Assembly: GCA_964016885.1 (NCBI GenBank)
Contig: OZ024747.1
Span: 44,826,001-44,890,000, forward strand
DNA from: Eledone cirrhosa
Lineage: Eukaryota
Direction of reading: 5' to 3'
DNA: 64,000 bases
The notes beneath the pieces were generated by a model that did not search any database, had not been told where the DNA came from, and worked only from the letters and a program-made list of their open reading frames with translations. Shown here piece after piece: positions 25,316-40,310 of the stretch. The position numbers and the translations under genes are program-made. Numbering within the stretch: the stretch's first letter is position 1; each line of letters opens with the position of its first letter.

Positions 25316-25497
25316 ATAATTGTTTCTACTTTTGGCACAAGGCCATCAATTACCCAGTACATTACATTTATTTTATCGACCCCGTAAGGATGAAAGGCAA
25401 AGTTAACCTCGGCGGGATTTGAACTCAGACCGCAAAGGGATGTAACTATGCTGGAATGCATGGTGTCCGACCCTCTACCGATACTGCCAATCCACCA
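25316..25497 (-). mobile_element. SINE family A
   Basis: A box tggcagtatcgg, B box gagttcaaatccc and the shared core. Confidence 0.88.
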
Positions 25498-25659
25498 CCC
25501 TTGAGAAAAATACATAACGATACAGAATGATACAAATGCAGACACTCCTAAATTTCAAGGTTCATTTATTCTAAGCAACCAAAGGGTTTTCATTAAGTGG
25601 CTGTATTAACATACTGTTTTAAAATCTGCAAAATGGTCAGGTGTTTACAATCACACACA

Positions 25660-27400
25660 TACACAGTGAAATGTTCTTGCCAACGTTTAAGGATTTTCTC
25701 TGATTCCTTGATGATGGCAGTGTCATCTTTGGACCTTATGGGAACAATAGATGAAGTTGTTGGACTATATACTGCATGCAAAAGACTATAAAACAGTTTT
25801 GAATATCTTCAGTGATCTTTAACCGCCATTTATTTTTAAGCCTTCTCAGCTTGCGTTGTAAAGTGGCTTTATATTCTTTATATGTCTTTTTAATAGTAGT
25901 TGAATTCGTAGGGCACTCTCTCACATGCTTTTCATGAAGAGCATGTTTTTTCTTTAATAGTTGGCTTAATAGTTTTCTTTAACAGTCTTTATATTGTTTT
26001 TTCACCCTAAATTCAAGTTCTTCTGCTCCTGCTGTATACAACTGATCCCTGAAGTTTAACCACTTTCCATCGAAGTCAATATTATTCAAGCGTTTATTCA
26101 AAGCCTCTTACTGTTTTAACTTTCCAACATCAATAATCTTCAGTGTTTTGATCCCATACATACAACATTTTTTCGGAATACGTAACTTAAACTACTCCTG
26201 AACCATCTTGTGATCTGTGTTGCATTCTGCACTATGCCTGACGTGCACATTACAAGCATCATTCAGGTTGCATCTCTTGGTTACTATGAAATCTATCATG
26301 TGGCCATCTTTTGACCTTGGGTGTATCCAGGTAACTTTATGCTTCTCCTTTTGGTAGAAGAATGTATTGCAAATTACTAGGTTGAGTTCTGAACACAGCT
26401 CAAGCAGCTTCAAACCATTGACATTCGTTTTACCAATGCCATAATAACCTAATGCATCCCATGTCTCATGGTCTTTTCCAACTCGGGCATCGAAATCACC
26501 AAGAATGATTCCTTGTAGCACGAAGGGATTCATAGAATATCATAATACTTTCTTCACTGGCCTGGAGAGTTGGAGCATAAACTGATAGAACTGTTGCACA
26601 TTGCCCACATGCAAGTGGAATGTGCAACTTCATTATTCGGTCACTGATTCTAGAGGGGCATTCTAGATATTGTGCTAGAGTTTCTCACACAGCAAAACCA
26701 ACATCACCATCTCACCGTTCTCTTTTTTGGTTTCCCTCTCCAGAAAAGTGTGAAACTTAATGATCCTTCAGTCAGCTGATCACGCCATGGTAGACATGTT
26801 TCTGACAAGGCTGCAATATCTATATTTAATCTTTGGAGTTCCTTTGTTACCAGTTTGGTTCTTCTTTCTGGTCGTTTTGATGAGTTTTGGTCCAGAAGGG
26901 TTCTGACATTCCAGCAGCAAATATTTAGTTTGATTCCCTTTTTCATAAATGTTTTACTTTGTAATTCCCTTTTTCTTTTCCTGCTTTGAATGAAGTGCCG
27001 ATAGCTGCAGTAAACTACCCAACATTGATGTGACAGGCAATTTTCAATGCACCTTTTCTAGCACCTTCCCAAGAATTTGGGTGAGCAGTGCTCTCCCTGA
27101 TACGGCTGCTCAGACACAGGCGTCTCCACTGGAGTTAGCCCCTATCACAGAAAGACATAACAACGATGCTATGATAAGAGCCCTGCCGCCTATGTGTAGA
27201 TGTGCAGCTATATGCTTCCAACTGGTCAGGTCTGCACACATCACCACTCCTCCATCGCCATACCACTTTCAGCTTTAAAAATGACAGATGAGAAGATCAC
27301 AAAAGAGACATCTGTACATCATTGGATTATAGTGGCAAACGCTTGTACTACACGGGCACCACTCTCTAAGTTTCAGTGATTATTGTCTGCTGACAAGCTT
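25660..27400 (-). mobile_element. RTE/BovB-like LINE 5' relic (APE domain)
   Basis: Fragments CWNVRTL...IAALSET, LGDFDARVG, TWIHPRSK...IDF and TDH. Confidence 0.82.
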
Positions 27401-27559
27401 AAGCCAGATAACTAGTAATCACATCAACCGCAGTTTTTTTTTCATTACTACACATACATATATATATGTACACACACAAATATATATATAGAGAGAAACA
27501 GAGTGTGAGGGAAAAATAGATGCCTAATAAAGGTTATTGTCATGGTTTATGTTTCTCTG

Positions 27560-27990
27560 AGCTGTTTGTTTTTATATATCAGACATTTAACACTTTCATT
27601 ACCATATTTCTCATGAAATACATGGTGCTGGTAATGATGGACTTGAGAGATTCTATAATGTTGTGAGGGTAATGATCGATTTCTCTTTCAACTATGACCC
27701 ATACATAATAGTCCAGGGGATTGAGGTCTGGGAAGCTAGGAGGTCATGCATCTGGAAGAGCATGGTGATGGAAACTGTCATGCATTCATGCTTGTGTTGT
27801 TCTGGCCTTATGAGAGGGTGCATAATCTTGTTGGATGATGAACGGTCTTCCATTGCTTACTCTGTTTATCCAGGGCTTCACAACTGTCTTCAACACCTCT
27901 TTGTAGACATTGGCTCTTAAGCCCTGAGAAAAAAGAAAGGTGGAGGCATGACATCTTTGGAAATTTATATAAAATTGAGGAGAGGAAAAT
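27560..27990 (-). mobile_element. DD37D (maT-like) Tc1/mariner transposase relic
   Basis: Manual translation IIQQDYAPSHKARTTQA*MHDSFHHHALPDA*PPSFPDLNPLDYYVW has 37 residues between the last two catalytic Asp. Confidence 0.8.
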
Positions 27991-28449
27991 TTATGTAGTT
28001 AGGAAGATATTATGGCGTCATAGTCATATTTGTCATTGAAGTCATCTGTAAGAGGACCATATAGAAGTGATCTTTTTGCTCACCTGCAAGTCCAGCTTAT
28101 GGGATATATGCAGAGAGCATAGTGGCTGTTACACTCCCCAAGCATAGTCTAAGTTTAATTATCCTCTTACATACTCTAACTAACTTAATTACTAGCTCAA
28201 TTAATTGCAAATTGCACCTGTCAAAGCTGTCTGCACTCATAGAAACAAATATACATTTTGCTAGGACCCTGAGATAGCTTGCTCACCTATATGTTCAAAC
28301 CATATCTCATAGAGTGAGTAATGTGATCAACCGAGAATATTGTGAATATATATCCTATAACCTCATTACTATATGTATTCATCATTATCATTTTAACACA
28401 CACACACACATATATATATATTATATAATATATATATACTCACACTGAT

Positions 28450-28632
28450 CGATCAACAAGATCCCAGGCCTCATTTGCTTGCCGAGTGGGGTGGACCGGT
28501 TGCAACTCCTGGCAGAAGTAGCAATGTGAAATAAAGTGTCTTGCTCAAGGACACAACACATATCAAGGTCTGGGAATTGAACTCACAACCTCATGATTGT
28601 GAATCCAACTCTCTAACCACTAAACCACATGC
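28450..28632 (-). mobile_element. tRNA-derived SINE family B head
   Basis: Minus strand gtggttagag...ggttgtgagttcaattccc...tgtgtccttgagcaagacactt. Confidence 0.75.
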
Positions 28633-29115
28633 CATCATGAATATATATACAATAGTGTCTATATAACTATATATACACATTAGAGAATGGTATGCATGTA
28701 TTTTTCTATGTATTTTACTAATTACCATAATTTTTTCTGTTATTCTGCATATCCAGATCAATCTTCATCATCCATAATTGACATATCATTTTAGAACAAG
28801 GATTAATTGGAACCAATTTTAATTATTAAGTGTTTTTATGGGAACCTATTAATTCACATTAATGATTTAACTCGTTAAGAAGTTAACCAGTTTTTGTATT
28901 GCTTTGTTGAGTATTTATGAGAATATTAAATTAATTAAATAGTTGATTAAAATATAGTTGGGCAATATAGCAACTTTGGAGAAAATTATAGTAATTACTG
29001 TTAACACTTGACATCCTGTAATAATTTAGCAGAAAATATCTAAAAACACAAAACAGGTTTATTAACAGAATATTTACTTGTAAACAGATCTTTGTGGAAG
29101 TTTGTTCTATTAAAG

Positions 29116-29365
29116 CAGAGGTTCTCAAAGTGAGTGCTACAGCCCCGTTGTGTGTGGGGGTGGGAGGCTAAGGGGGCGGTGGTGGTGGTAGGGTGGGGTG
29201 CAGTAGAGGCGATATAATATTATATTAATTATCAAATGAAAGTATATATTATTATATTATTTACAATTCGCGTGTAAGCAGGTCTCTCTGGAAATAGGGT
29301 TGGGGGATGCTGAGGGTATTACGTGGCCATGAGGTGGGGTGGCCCCAAAAGTTTGAGAACCTCTG
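29116..29365. mobile_element. hAT-type MITE
   Basis: 14-bp TIRs cagaggttctcaaa / tttgagaacctctg and an exact 8-bp TSD tattaaag (29108-29115, 29366-29373). Confidence 0.9.
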
Positions 29366-29724
29366 TATTAAAGACTCACATTGTTAATGTAATGCAGTTA
29401 TAGTGCCACATTTTTATTTTCAAAAATGTCTGACTAATATGATTTCATGTGGTACAGGATGTTAAAAGTTAAAGATAGAGTTAGGATAATAGAGACTAAA
29501 ATGTTACTGATTCTAATAGAAGGGATGGAGTTTAAAATTATTGATATGAACTAATTAGTTTTTCAGTAATTATTCTGATGTTTTATTGATCAGTTGACTA
29601 AGACTTTCAATGACAACATTGAAAAAGGAAAGGAGCTGATTGTTAGTAAATCATCACCATCATCATCACCCACCACCACCACTACCACCACCACCCTCAC
29701 TGAGTGGTTTCAGGGAAATTTGAC

Positions 29725-29890
29725 TTATACCCCGAGCAAGATGGTTGGATAGCATCCATGAACTTGGCTGGTCACACTTGGGGATCCAGCTGGATCATTT
29801 GGGGCTGGTTGCTTCTGACACGACCTGCTGGAAGAAGTGTTTGAAGACTTTGTGGCCATGACCCACTCAGGAATAAGTGGGCAAAGAAAA
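29725..29890 (+). mobile_element. Short LINE-like 3' end with (GAA)n-like tail; also at 30195-30400 (+) and 31013-31262 (-)
   Basis: Shared gcaagatggttggata...ggatccagc...caggaata(a/g)gtggg followed by GAA repeats. Confidence 0.65.
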
Positions 29891-29904
29891 ATAAGAGAAG
29901 ATAC

Positions 29905-30160
29905 TTAACCCTTTCATTATAATATTTTTAATAAAACCATGGCCTATAATTTTAAAATAAGTTTGAAAATAATCAACATTTTATAGTGATTTAGTAATAT
30001 AACTAATTTACTGATTATTAAGTTGGTGTTTGAAACATAACTTAAAGATTTTTACATAAAATTATGATAGTTTTAGAAAAATATAGACACTTTAAAAATA
30101 ATTAGCTTTGTATTGTAGAAGCCAGGGAAGTTACAAATAGTTTAATATCAAAAGGGTTAA
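29905..30160. mobile_element. Possible piggyBac-type MITE
   Basis: TTAA-cccttt ... aaaggg-TTAA ends. Confidence 0.55.
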
Positions 30161-30415
30161 TTGAAGTATTTAGCTATGATATGTGGGAAGAGATCCAGAG
30201 GTAGACCCTAAGCAAGATGGTTGGATAACATCCATGAGTTTGGTTGGTCATGCTTGGGGATCCAGCCAGATCAATTGGAGATGGTTGTTTCCGACAGGCC
30301 TCACTGGAAGGAGTGTTTGAGGACTCTGACTCCACGACCCTCCCAGGAATAGGTGGGAGAAGAAGAAGGGAAAGAAAAAGAAGAAGACGAAGAAGAAGGA
30401 GAATAATAATTGTAT

Positions 30416-30563
30416 CCCAGTGTATTACTGGTACTTTATTTATCGACCCTGTAAGGATTAAAGGTAAAGATAACCTCGGTGGGATTTGAGCTCAGACCAT
30501 AAAGGGCCGTAACTCTTTGCTGCAAACCATGCAGTCCGACCCTTTACCGATACTGCCAATCCA
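30416..30563 (-). mobile_element. SINE family A
   Basis: Shared head and core sequence. Confidence 0.82.
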
Positions 30564-32590
30564 AGAAGGAGAATAATAGGAAGAAGAATAAGAAGTGTGA
30601 AGCAAATTTATCACAGAATAGATAATTGGACTGTGTGTATATATACATGATTTTAAACCTGTATATTTGTGTGTATAGGTATTGAGAGATGGACTCCTGT
30701 CAGATTCAACAGTGAGTGTTCCAGTAGTTCAATCAAAAGAACAGCCTGTTCATAATTAACTTAGTATTCCTACATCTACTGCTAACATAATTCTTAGGGA
30801 GATTCAATGTAACAGTGTGTTATAAGGCTGGCCATTTCAATTACAAGCACAATCTATTTCAATCAATTTCCAAATAATTTCCATCTACCCAATTTCCCTC
30901 ACAATCTGATCTGAGAGTATAATGAATAGATACTGGTCCAAGATGCTACATTTAACCCAAGAGCTAATGATTGTAAAGCAAACTTTTTAACCATTTGGCC
31001 ATGCTGTATTCACGTCTTCTTCTTCTTCTTCTTCTTCTTCTTCTTCTTCTTCTTCTTCTTCTTCTTCTTTTTCTGCTCCTTCTTCTCCTTCTTTTTCTTC
31101 TCCCACTTATTCCTGAGGGGGTTGTGTGTGTGTGTGTGGGGGGGCAGAGTCTTCACCCACTCCTTCAAGCGGGTCCTGTCAGAAGCAACCGTCTCCAACT
31201 GATCTGGCTGTAACCCCGAGCATATGAATGTTATCCAAACATTTTGCTCGGGGTCTACCCCTTAGTCTCTTGCCAGTTGGTTTTGCAGTGTAAAATCTGT
31301 CCAGCTGCATTCACTGTGTATGTATAGTATAGTTGAAGATTACAATCAATAGATACAGATCAGAAAGAATTTGCTAAGGTATCAAAGCAAATGAAAAGTC
31401 TTCCTCATAAAGATGTTGGTTTGAAATGATTTCTAATTAACAGTAATTACATTCTCAGTTGTGAGAGTCAAGTCTGTGAAAAAGTTGTCAGTTGACAGGG
31501 GTGAACATTAGTAATGCATACACTGATTTGATTTTGAAAGTCATTTAGCCAGCAAATTTACATGTTAATCGGAAATCTGATATTTCCAGGTGTATAAAGT
31601 GTAAAGTTCAATACTATGCGTCTAAATCTCTCCTGGTCAGATATTTTAAAATATTTGCCAGTGAAACACCCATTTAAATCACAGAGCTGGCATTTTGACC
31701 ACAACTAATATTCTAATTTCTGTTTGTGACAATTATATTAATTAATTGACTTTTCATGGTAGTGTTGAGATGGTCTATGATAAGAATTTTGTATGTATTC
31801 TTAGGTATTCAAAATCAGAGAGGATTAATTCTTGAATTTAGTTTAAAATGATATGAAAACGATTTAGACTGATTTATGGCATACATGTTAAGTCAGTGTT
31901 AGCAGCAGAAAGATTTGGATTTAACAAGAATGATTAGAGAATTATAGGAGTGTCTGAATAAATGTAGTACCAAAGATGTATTGATGTGAAGTGTGTAAAT
32001 CAACAAATGGAGATACAATAGATAGAGTGACACTGGGTGATAGTGGAGGGACAGTGAAGCTATAAAAATAAATTGATAAAGGAATACTGCTAGTGAAACA
32101 TATAATATCTGAATTGCAAGATTATATAATCCTTATTGGCATAGGAATCCCAATATAAACATATTAATTACATAGATTAAGAAGTTGTATATAATAATAT
32201 TCACGTTATAGATATATAAATACTTGCTGTAGGGATGTAATTAAAATGAATATTAAAATATAACGAATGTCATCAGCATGTATTAATAAGTTTGATGGAG
32301 TGATTTAAGAAATACAGATATAGGTCTCTTATAAACATTTCAGTATTTACTTAGTCCATATAATACTATTTACATAGTTGATAAATATTTACACAGTTAC
32401 TGTTGAATTGTTCATTTAACTGATATATATATATAACACAGTGGCAATTAAATAGTTAAAATTGTTTTGCTGTTTTAGTTTAACCTGTGATTGAATTTCT
32501 ATCTTTCTGAAATTAGTAAAATATGTACTGAAATTGATTTAATCACCAGTAATAACCAGCTTTACAGACTTTACATACTTTTATTATAAA

Positions 32591-33172
32591 GGATTGGCAG
32601 TATCGGTAGAGAGTCGGACGCCATGCTTTGACGCAGAGAGTTATGGCCCTTGTCATTCTGAGTTCAAATCCCGCCGAGGTTAACTTTGCCTTTCATCCTT
32701 ACGGGATCGATAAAATAAAGTACCAGTAATGTACTGAGTAATTGCTGGCTTTGTGCCAAAAGTAGAAACAATTATATTCTACCAAGAGGTCATATCCCGT
32801 TAAGGTTAGCTTTGTCTTTCATCCTTATGGGATCGATAAAATAAAGTACCAGTAACACACTGGGGTCAATTTAATTGACTTTTGTCTCCCTCCAAATTGC
32901 TGGCTTTGTGCCTATAGTAGAAATCATTACACTCTACCATAGAGTGGTGGATCGGCAGGATCAGTAGAGCATCAGACAACATGCAATCTATAGTTACAGC
33001 CCTTTATGTTCTGAGTTCAAATCCTGCTAAGGTTAGCTTTGCTTTTCATCCTTACAGGGTCGATAAAAAAAAAGTACCAGTAACACACTGGGATCGATTT
33101 AACCAAATTCCGCCCCCCCCCCCCCCACCTAAAAAAAAATTAATGGCTTTGTACCTAAATCAGAAAACATTA
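32591..33172 (+). mobile_element. Three tandem SINE family A copies (full, partial, full)
   Basis: The core ctttcatcctta...gataaaa..aagtaccagtaa recurs at about 32690, 32815 and 33045. Confidence 0.85.
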
Positions 33173-34020
33173 TAATTCTACCATATTAAAATGAGAAGGG
33201 ATGCGTTAGATAATGTGGTCTTCCCATTTTAAATATCCCTAAATATCAAGAGAGTCATGACTGTAAAGTCTATTTAAATTAGGGTTGATCTGGGGTCTAA
33301 ACATCAACTACTAAGATCTTCTGTGTGGCACTTTACCCATTAGAAGTAGCAGCAAATATCACTAAAATTTTAGAAAATGAAGGACTTTTAAGTCATGAAA
33401 TTATTTAATGCTTATCAATGAAACGTTTTTGACCTTAGGTCAGTTAAAACGGAACTGACCTGGGGCTAAACAATAACAAAACATCACAATATATACTTAT
33501 ATCATCATCATCATCATCATCATCATCATAATTTAACATCTGTTTTCCATACTGGCATGGGCTGGATCATATATCATTTCTGACTGTAAGTTGAGACAAA
33601 TTTGTAAGTAATTCATTAAAACATTCGTTTGTGCCATCTATGTGTTAGAGATGTCCTGTGTTTGTAGTTGATGTATGGTGAAGCATATCCCAACTTTCAT
33701 TGGAGGAGGGTGGGGGAGACAATTCCTGCCTATTGAATGTTGTTGTTTTTATTGTTTAGTTCCAAGTGAGCCATGATTAAATAGACTTATGATTGAAGGC
33801 ATTCTAACCTTGACCATCTCAACTGTTTTTCTGTCATAGTATATAACAGAATACTGTGTGTTTGGTTTAGAATATTTACACCATGTCCCTGTATGTTAAA
33901 AGAGATGACTAAAACAAGGAGGCACGAGGAAGAGCATCTGACTGCAAAACCTTGCCTCAGAAAGGATTTCATATCATGGGACCTGCAAGGCTAACCCTTA
34001 GTTTAGCATGGAAAATAGCC

Positions 34021-34247
34021 TTAATCCTTTAGCATTTAAATCGGCCATATCTGGTCAGAACTCTCTCACCTCTTTCTGTTCAAACTGGCCATAACTGACC
34101 GCTCATTCCTACATTAAAGTATTGTTCTCAAAATAAATAATATCAAAATCGTTGATTCGATATTGCATGGGATAATTATGTAAGATAAAGCCTTTTCTGT
34201 GAAAATATAATAGTAAATATAGAGTAATGTAAATGCTAAAGGGTTAA
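34021..34247. mobile_element. piggyBac-type MITE
   Basis: TTAA-tcctttagcattta ... taaatgctaaaggg-TTAA. Confidence 0.8.
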
Positions 34248-36898
34248 GATGTTTGCTGCTGTTGTCTTTTGTATCACATACTACATTATCTAATGTATTG
34301 TTTTTATCAGAAGATAGATTGTAGTTTTAAGAAGATCTGGCTGCTATTTCTAGCAGGCTGGACAGAGACACTCTCATTAATTGTAATCAACTTGTGATTT
34401 GGACCTCACGTTGTGCCTATTGAACAATTTTTTTTCCTGTAGCAGAATTTGAACAATGTACAGCAAGCTAATGAACCAAATATGCTACTGATAGAAGCAG
34501 TATGGTTCCTATTTTGCAGGAAAATATGACGGACCATTAACAATTAAGTTTTGTTACCAGGAACATAATACAGCAGTGATGTTTCTTATGGTTATATGAA
34601 CTTTCAACACTTCTGCAACAAGGCGAGCACACTAAAGATGTGAACATAAAGAAAATGATAGAAATGTTGGCAAAACCACAAAACTTCCAGTCACAGGATT
34701 TAGTTTATATTCAATAAGTAAACACTAAACATGATATTGAAAAGAAAAGAGGTCTCCTTTAGCCCTTTCATGACCATATTTCTAATGAAGTGTACTCTAT
34801 TTCAATTGATTAATGAAGAATTTTGAGGGATTTGCTAAAATCATTGATTATTTCATTATTAAAATAGTAACTTAATGTAAAGTTCTTATAGAAAATCATG
34901 TTGGAAGATTTTAATTTAAGTTGGAAACTTGTAGAACCAGAGCTGGTTTTAGGCATGTTGGTAACAAAAGAGTTAGAAGACATTAAAATTTCATTAGGCT
35001 AAATTTTAAAAATCAATCAAAATAACTCATTCATTTTTTTCTATATCCTGAACCAATCTTAATAAATAAGGTTGATACAAAAAACTCATGCTGCTATCAC
35101 TAACAAAAACAAGATGTTCAAAACATTTTATGAAACTTTAGTAGGTTTTAAAAGAAATTTAATTATGTTGTTATCCATTTTAGGGTTATATGATTTTAAT
35201 ATATTTTTACATATTTATGAAATCATCTTCTTTCAGCGAGATGGAGCTCCTTGCAAAACACATGAAAATATGCATTCGTATAATTTGCCCAGAACATAAT
35301 TATTGTTTCTCTGCTATGTGTATCCAGTTTAGAATATATACACTGTATTCCTGCATGTTGTTAGAGACAACTATAAGGTTGGCACCAGGAAGGGAATCTG
35401 GCTATAAAACATTGCTTCAAAAAGCATCCTGTGATGAGCATCAAGTCATTTATGGAACCTGCAAAGCTAACCCCTGCTTCAGAAAAGAAAAATGACTGTA
35501 AAATGTTTACTGTTGCATAATTCTTACTTCTGTTCTACTTACAGTGGGATACTCTATATACATAGAAGTCTTCAAAGGACTAATGTTTTAGGTGAAGGAA
35601 AAAATATCAAAATTTGCTAAATATTCTAAGGAAAGAGAAAATACAGAATATGATACCAGTGTTTGTTGTTTATTTGAAAGAGCTGAACTAAGTTGAAAGG
35701 AATTCCAACCAATTAAGGCCATCTGTATATTTCTCTAAACTACATTATCTAATATGTCTTTTCAGGTTTATAACAATAAAGTAAAGAATGTGATATGAGG
35801 AATATTTGGGTCATATTTCTAGCAGATCAGGCCTCTACATATATGTTCACTCATCTTAATCAGGAGCATTAATTAAATAGATGAAATGAAATGAATTCAA
35901 CCTGAAAATGAAATCATGACATGAGGTATTGATTCGCCAACAGTTTATCTATTGTTGTATAGTACTTGCTGCACTTTATCTAAATAGATTGTATTGCATT
36001 AAGAAAGTTATAAAAAGGTAACATTAGTACAACTAGAAATAAAATATATAAATTGGTATTAGACATCTGAAAAATCATTTCATTTCTCTGGTATATCACA
36101 GTATATTATTCTAAGTAAATATTGTTAAATTGTTTGTATGATCAGAGCTAAATCTTATTTTTCTCTGTCAGTTAAATACATTGACGATAATCTACTTATG
36201 TTATTGAATAGATGGCACTCAGAGTTCTCTACTTGGCAATAAGATGAAATATATACGTATATATGGAACAATAGACAGAACATTAACTGGCTAGCTAACA
36301 GCTATGAAAGCTGCAATGTTAGAAGAATGGTTATTAGTACCTCTGTCATGCTCCATAACATTAGCTGCACATATAATGCTATTGACATATAATGTGAATT
36401 ACAAAACCAAAGTGTACTGTGATTTTGGTTCAAAATTTGATAAATTGTTATGCGAGCATGGGTTGTCGGTGTGAAAGTGGATGAGTCAGAGCGACCTCAT
36501 CTTGCTCATATGTTCTATATTTGCCATGGTTTCTATAGTTGGATGTCCTTCCTAATGTCAACCACCTGCTAGGGTGTACTAGGTACGTTTTTGGGGGCAC
36601 TGACACTAACACTTTTCAAGGTACACTAGATGCATCTTTCATGGTACCAACATTCTCCCACACACATATATATACATACCATGCTAGCATGGAAGATGGA
36701 TGTTAAACGATGATGATGTATGGATGTATGTATATATATCATCAACACCTCCCTGATATCTATACATACACATATGTTCATATATATATATATATATAGG
36801 TTATTATGTTAGTAACTTGTGATTACTAGCGGCAACGCTGGTCGAAACACTCAATGTTGTTATGTAAACTCGTATATTTGAAGAGATGTAGATTAACA

Positions 36899-37294
36899 GG
36901 CACATGGCTTAGTGGTTAGAGCATTGGGCTTGCAATCGAAAGGTTGTGAGTTCAATTCTCAGACCGGGTGATGTGTTGTTTCCTTGAGCAAAACACTTTA
37001 TTTCACATTGCTCCAATTTACTCAGCTGTAGAAATGAGATGATAGGGACTGGGGTCCCTATCATTCCACTGTAAAGTGGTTGTGGAGGTGTCACAGCAAA
37101 AAAAGCACCCAACACTCACTGTAAATAAGGTTGGTGTTAGGAAGGGCATCCAGCTGTAGAATTCAAGCCAGAATCAGTTCCTGTATGAGCAAGACAAGGT
37201 CAGCTGACTGGACACTGCCCACAACAGGACAACCTATCTAACCCATGCTAGCATGGAAGAACTGACGTAAAACGGTGATGATGATGATGATGAT
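36899..37294 (+). mobile_element. Full-length tRNA-derived SINE family B
   Basis: A box tggcttagtgg, B box gagttcaattctc, central ccttgagcaaaacactt and tail ending in (GAT)n. Confidence 0.85.
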
Positions 37295-37563
37295 GAGCCA
37301 ATCGCCTGATCAAACCCGAGCTGAACGATATCGAAAGAGTTGTAATATGCAATAAAGTTTCATAACAAACAGCAAATCTGACTTCTTATTGTCACTATAT
37401 ATATATATATATATATATATTCACACATATCGTGTTTTGTCCTTAAACAAGATGTATTTTACACCCTGCCAGCCATGCTGTCTTTGTCTCTTGTGGTGAA
37501 TACCGACGGATTTAAAAAAAAACAGTCATGAAAGATAGGATTATCCAAGCTATATTTTGAATT

Positions 37564-37616
<53 letters not shown>

Positions 37617-38022
37617 CTGTCTCTCTCTCTCCCTCTCTCTCTCTCTTTTCTGTGGTTCTCTATTTTCAATTATTTTAATGTTTTAAAGCTTTTTAAATAC
37701 TTCTGTCTCTCTAGATGTAAAACCCATGGCTCTATCATCTCTGCATCCTCTCTCCTCCCACCCCCTATCCACCACCTTCCGGTCACCTGCTTTTGGCACA
37801 TTATGAATAAGGTGCAATGTGACCAACTGGCCAGACTTACCTCATAATGGCGCCACACAGCACCACACTATAAATGTAGGTGTGACTCCCAAACTATGGT
37901 TCCACTGTAAGAAGAGTTCAGCACGGTCAACTGACCTCAAAGTGATCACAGCCATACATACATACACATACACTCACATACATACATGAACACACACACA
38001 CATGTGTACGCATACCACACAT

Positions 38023-38197
38023 ATAATTGTTTCTACTTTTGGCACAAGGCCAGCAATTATATTAGTGTATTACTGGTACTTTATTTTATCGACCCCATAA
38101 GGATGAAAGGCAAAGTCAACCTCAGTGGGATTTGAACTCAGACAATAAAGGGCTGTAACTCTATGCTGCAAACCATGGCGTCCGACCCTCTACCGAT
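38023..38197 (-). mobile_element. SINE family A
   Basis: Shared head and core sequence. Confidence 0.85.
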
Positions 38198-38584
38198 AAA
38201 TGAATACATCATGGTTTTGACCGTTTCCTCATACATGGTTGGTATGAACATGATCTTTTAACACCACCCAGGAATTAGTTGCCTTTCTGCTCATGTTGCA
38301 GTGAAAGAAAAAGGAAAAAGTCATTCACACGCAATGCATATGAAAGTTGTTTAGATCAAGTGATGCCTGTGTTTGAGCTTTTTTAAGTAAAGAAAGGCTT
38401 TGCACTGAACCAACTCTATTCTCTGACCAGCAGTAACAGGTATCTAAAAAGAAGAACAGGTCAACATCATTGGCTGCCATCAAGTCATAGGTTTTACATC
38501 AGATTTTTCCTTCTTCTAGATTGATGTCCTGATATATGTGTATATACATACATACACACACAAATATATATATATCACCTTGAC

Positions 38585-38827
38585 TGACCAGTCTGTCGGG
38601 CGTCCATTCGGCGCCGCTGGTCACAGCACGTCGTGCTGTTTTAGCCATAAGATAATGCCATCTCACTGGCTGGGCAGGCAGGCCGGTACTCATTTCTACA
38701 GCTGAGTAAACTGGAGCAACGTGAAATAAAGTGTCTTGCTCAAGGAAACAACACATCACCCGGTCCGAGAATTGCACAACCTTTCGATTGCAAGCCCAAT
38801 GCTCTAACCACTAAGCCATGCGCCTTC
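38585..38827 (-). mobile_element. SINE with family B head and a different tail
   Basis: Head matches 36899; the 3' part diverges after cagctgtagaaatgag. Confidence 0.75.
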
Positions 38828-38847
38828 ACACACACACATATATATAT

Positions 38848-38886
<39 letters not shown>

Positions 38887-40310
38887 CATAGATACATAAT
38901 ACATATATACATATATGTGTGTAATTATGTATGCATTTATGTATGTATATGGATATGTGTATATACATGGGTGCATGTGTATGTATATGCGCAGGGACAT
39001 AGAAAAAGTCAGGCTGGACACCTGATCGCGTGGTTAAACCACTAGGAGTGAAGGACCCCTAACCTTTGTCAGGGCATTCTTCTAGGAGAAGGCAACTCAG
39101 GAAACTGGGATAACTCCAATATAAAACCTGTGGCTCAGTATTTACCGATGATGTTGATCTTTTATTCTTTTCAGGTTATAGCTACTGTCGCTCAGAGAGT
39201 GCGATTGGTTCAGTGCACAGTCTTTCCACACTTTAAAAAATATCTTCACGCACAGGCATTGCACGATAGAATTAATTAATAATTATTAATAATGGTATAA
39301 TGTGCAATGGCCATACTCGATAACGAGGGGGCAGCCATCATGCATTTATATATGTATGTAGAAAATGCGGAAAGTAATATATGTCGCAAATCTGACTAGA
39401 TTATAAATTAGATATTTTAAAAGTGAAAAAGATCTAATAATGATAAGCTAAATCACTTTTCATGGATACAAAAACTGCAATTACCAACATTCAAAATTAT
39501 TATTTTCTTCTGCTCTTTAAAAGCACAACAGCCCCCTTGCTATTTAAACCACTCTTTAACTGTCTAGTTTTCAATACATTTCAGTTATTGATGGAATAAA
39601 GTCCAAAATAGACTATTAGAACATTAGTCCTAGCTACAGAAGTTTTGACAACAAAAGTCTTTTTCAAGTAAATGGCTACCTGTTTATTTTCATTTAATTT
39701 TCTTAATAAAAAGGCAATTTCACCCTCTCAACGTGATTAGTCAATTCATAGAAACCTAAATAAGTTTGCTGAAGGGTAAAAAATATTTTCTCATGGTAAT
39801 GTAATTTACTTTTCCAACTTTTTATTTTGTTTATTTTTAATCAAATTATATTTGACAGAACCTTTATGATGTAGGTGTGTGTATGTTTGTGTATGTATAT
39901 TTGTACGTGTATGTGTGTGAGTGTGTAGTAGTCCATCTATGTGTGTGTGTGCGTGTGTAAGTATATTTGATCAAATTTATAGAGTAACAAGCGAGTTTTA
40001 AGAGCAACCCTTACACAAGAGGACGAGCTATCCATTGGAGAATTTTCCTCCTCAAAACCACCGCCGAATGGGCCAAAACGCCTAATCCCCACCCCCCCAA
40101 AAACAACAAAATGAAATTCATTAGAATTACACCAAATTCAAAAATGGCGATGACCCAACATCTTCTGTCATAGAAGGCATTCCGGCTTCATCAGAGTAGA
40201 TGATTCAGCAGTCAGTGTGACAGCTCTAATAGGTAGCAGTTATGACTATCACCATTATTAACAAAGGGAAGCCAACGACAGCAACAGTGTCAACAAAAAT
40301 AATTCACACA

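Noticed and set aside
36899-36970. tRNA genes at SINE heads
   Set aside because: A and B boxes are present but continue into multi-copy SINE bodies, with no convincing cloverleaf.
40160-40200. Hammerhead on the minus strand (CTGATGAagccgg); also CTGATGAggg at about 57322
   Set aside because: Only the 5' core half is present, with no matching GAAA-stem III-UH half.
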